From: Psammoneis japonica
Lineage: Eukaryota
Assembly: GCA_008632985.1 (NCBI GenBank)
Contig: QPGO01000086.1
Span: 248,001 to 312,000, forward strand
Direction: 5' to 3'
Length of the DNA: 64,000 nucleotides
Positions within the stretch are counted from its first letter, which is position 1, and each line of letters begins with the position of its first letter. Below are positions 60,911 to 64,000 of the stretch, one piece after another. The notes below the pieces were generated by a model. It saw only the letters and a program-made list of their open reading frames with translations, was not told the DNA's origin and did not search any database. A program made the translations under genes and the position numbers.

Positions 60911-61002
60911 CGATCCGCGATCCGCGATCCGCGCGCATATATGACGCACCACACACCATGGCGTTGCGGCGCGGATCGAGTTACAGTACCGGATTTCACA
61001 CG

Positions 61003-62250
61003 ATGAGTAACTGCTCTTTCCAAAAACAACAACAACATAGCTTCTGTCTAGCAATAGCGCTATTGCTCTTGTTACAAGTTCAGCGAAGTCGTGCTTTTGC
61101 TCCTCCAAAAAGTACCTCCGACAAATCTCTAACCCACATACACGACACTCTTTTCCATACATTACCATACAAGAAGCCGTACAAGTGTTGCAGGGCGATC
61201 AAGAGACACAATACTCATCGACGGGGGATGCTATTGCCAGTGCATCCATAGTTGGTGAAGCAGATCGAGCGTTTCGTCAGGGCATTCAGCTGGAAAAGAA
61301 TGGATAAAAACGGGCGGTACGGTGTCCTTTCACGAAGCAGCCACTTTATTCTTTTTTATTTTTGAAGTTAGGATCCGAATTCTGGTACGTTCCATGACGC
61401 GTTGGGAGACTCCAAGGCGGCGACTCGATACTGTGCGGAGATGCCGCAGAATTGACCGTGAAACCCGTCGTCCGGATTCCGGATCCTTTGATGGCGTTGG
61501 TACCGCAGTATTGAAGCGCCGGGTTGTAACCTTGCGGTGAAGCCGTGATGAAGCCTTTTGTGAAGCGCGATTGGTCTCGCCAAACAACATGATGATATTT
61601 CATATTACTTCATTTGGCAGTCATTTAGGAGTGTTTGGGTATTATGGCTGAGGAATCCACGGAATTGGTGGACAAGCTACGTCGCTGGCGAAGCCGAGTA
61701 TTCTTGTCTAGTCGATTAGTGGGGCTACATTCGTTGGCACACCCGCAAAATCCCCAACCAGAAGAACAAGCTGTACCGCGGCACACATGCCATGCTGCAA
61801 ATTGCGCTCTACGTTTGCCAAACCACTCATCAAGCGTGGCTCTCTAAATTTGGTTTAGCCTCTGAAGTATGCGAATGATTCAAGAGATTGTGCAGATTGT
61901 GCCGCTCAGCTCGACTTTGAAATTCTTGGGTTCTACACTTTCACGACTCCTCTACCCAACTTGGGACGGGCAAGCCTACTTTCACAAGGGTCTCTTTGCC
62001 GACAGTATTCCACTCTTTCTGAAAGAGTAAGACAGGGACGGATTCCTCGCCTATGCAAACATTGATTGTCGTTATTTTGGAAGTTATGCACGGCAGGATT
62101 GCCCCCGGAACGATTCTCGTCTTTGACGAGTAGAAGAACCTTTGCCATCCGACATGCATGGAGAGAGTGCTGCAAGAGATTCGGTTGGCACTATGAGTAT
62201 TTGGCCTTTAGCTTGGCCATGAAGCAGACTTTAGACCATGTTGTTGAGGG
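61003..62250 (+). pseudogene. Decayed TPR-like + TylF/MycF-like SAM methyltransferase gene
   Basis: Signal peptide ending AFAP. Across frames: EADRAFRQGIQLEKNG, HDALGDSKAATR, WGYIRWHTR, GF.TFT, LAYANIDC, RIAPGTILVFDE, WRECCKRFGW.YEYLAFS. Many stops and indels. Confidence 0.6.
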
Positions 62251-62433
62251 ATGATGACCCGAGTGAGACAAACGAATTGGTTTACTAATTGATTCGGTTT
62301 CGGTGCAAACGCCTTTTTGCCCATTTGTCTTTCTACTTCCTACTTTCCCCTTTCGCTAATTCAAGACCTTGTTCCCCATTATGTGTAAGTAGCCCTAAAG
62401 AATCCGTCGCTGCATACATTCTTGAAAAACTTG

Positions 62434-63919
62434 CTACTCAAGGCTGTCCTCTTCGTCATCTTCAAAAAACTTAAAGACGTATGGCGCGCGCCCGGTCCGT
62501 CCCGTACCGGTCCCCCAATTGCTCATGATTGGACTCATCCTGAGATTCCCATATGCTGGCCTATTGGCGTCCATGTTAGAATCTTCATCGACAAGGTCAA
62601 TGCCATTGCAACTGCTTGTTTCGTCCCGAGAATCGGAAGCCGTGGCGTCCGCTACTGTTTGCGATGACCTCGGACTGGTTTTCACCCAGAATTGATGACG
62701 AGCTTCTTCACGAGACTTTTTCTCTGCGGCCGTTGCAAAATAGGATGCAGTAGACCCCACTTTTTCCGGAGAAGTGGATGCACTCCTGGTTGTGTCTCCA
62801 GAAATATCTTTTTGCGACTTTCTCTCTACGACTCGTGGTGCAATTGATGCAAGGGACGCCAACTTTTCCAAAGGACTAGAAGCGAGCTTGAGCTCATTAT
62901 CACGACGATCTTGCTTGGAGTGTGTCAGTACGGTGAGCGAAGTATCCGATGCATCAGACGTTGATCTTTCCACAGATTTTGGAGCGGGCTTGAGCTGATT
63001 CTCACCGCGATCGTGCCTCGTGTTTCTCACTGCAGCTAGAGTAGCTTCTTCTGATGAAGCGGGTAGCAACGTTTCCGCGGACCAGGGCGTAGTCTTGCTC
63101 TGGCCTACACGGCGATCATCCTCTACGGACTTAGGCGGAGTATTCGTTGCAGAAGATTCAAAGCTTTCGAAGGAACTAGGAGCGGTCTTGCTAAAGTTGT
63201 CACGACAATGTTTCCTCGAGTCTTTCAGTGTGCTGGTCGTGGTTTTTGACGCTGTGGACTCAAACCTTTTCAAAGAAGTAAGAGCAGTCTTGAGCAGGTC
63301 TGCACGCTGATCTTGCTTCGTCTTTTCAACTATCGCGGGTGTAGCGCCTTCTAATGCAGATGGCTCCAACCTTTCCGCGGAAGTAGGAACAGGCTTGATC
63401 TGAACTGCTTGACGATCTTGCTTCAAACTCTTCACTGCTCTAGGTGGAGTCTTTGACGCAGTGGGCGCGACCCTTTCCACTGAAATGGTAGAAGTCTTGT
63501 TCAGTCCTTTGCGACGATCTTGCTTCCAGTTTTTACCTAAAACGGGGGAAGTGAGTTTTGATGTAGCAGACGCCAACCTCTCCGAAGAGCTACGAGCAGT
63601 ATTGGTCTGATCTTCAGAACTACCCTCCGTCAAATTTGCTAATGTGTTCGCAGTAGCTGGTGGTTTCTTTTCCAAAGGGCCAGGATTAGCCTTAATCTGA
63701 TCTTTCCGAGTGCCTTCTTCCGGGCGTGGTACGAAGGGCTCGACTTCTTCGAGTATCGTTCTGTTGACCGTTGCACCAAGAGGGCGGATGAGCAAATGAG
63801 AAATACAATATACACGGCAATTTAAAGGATGATTGATGCACTTACCGGAAGCATTCTCGGCGACCAAGCACCTCTTCATCACCTAGTTTGAATTTAGTGA
63901 TCCAATTTTTGTCAACCAT
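62434..63919 (-). CDS. Hypothetical S/T/K-rich protein with ~8 degenerate 34-35-aa repeats, intron 63761..63845
   Basis: ATG at 63919; the GT..AG intron restores ECFR|TILEE; repeats begin KQDRR/KQDRQ/KQDQR/EDDRR/RHDRG. Confidence 0.65.
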
Positions 63920-64000
63920 GGGGTATTGTGAAAGGTGAGCGTCCCATGGTGCTTCCGGTTCGGCGTCAACGTCAATAATTTCACAATTTTCTGGCATTAC

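Overview
Eukaryotic nuclear DNA, very probably from a diatom. Support: short GT-AG introns, a bipartite plastid-targeting leader, and DUF6824/CRAL-TRIO, LRR, 7TM and helicase-associated (HA) repeat families. About 18 genes or pseudogenes are interleaved with six blocks of decayed repeats, roughly 17 kb in total, containing Ty3/gypsy, Ty1/copia, CRE-like non-LTR, hAT, MITE and duplicated helicase sequence. There is also an open 735-aa tyrosine-recombinase ORF. The outstanding signal is that the repeat blocks are almost free of the dinucleotide TpA. By my hand alignment, 22 of 23 TpA sites in the 3' LTR of one gypsy element are CpA or TpG in its 5' LTR, while most CpGs are untouched. Residues expected to be Tyr in the element proteins read as His or Cys. 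This points to a repeat-targeted, DNA-level, both-strand TpA->TpG/CpA (A-to-G) hypermutation, the mirror image of fungal RIP, with an apparent TAC preference. I do not know of such a system being described, but could not search the literature. All family assignments come from motif recognition by eye, not database searches.
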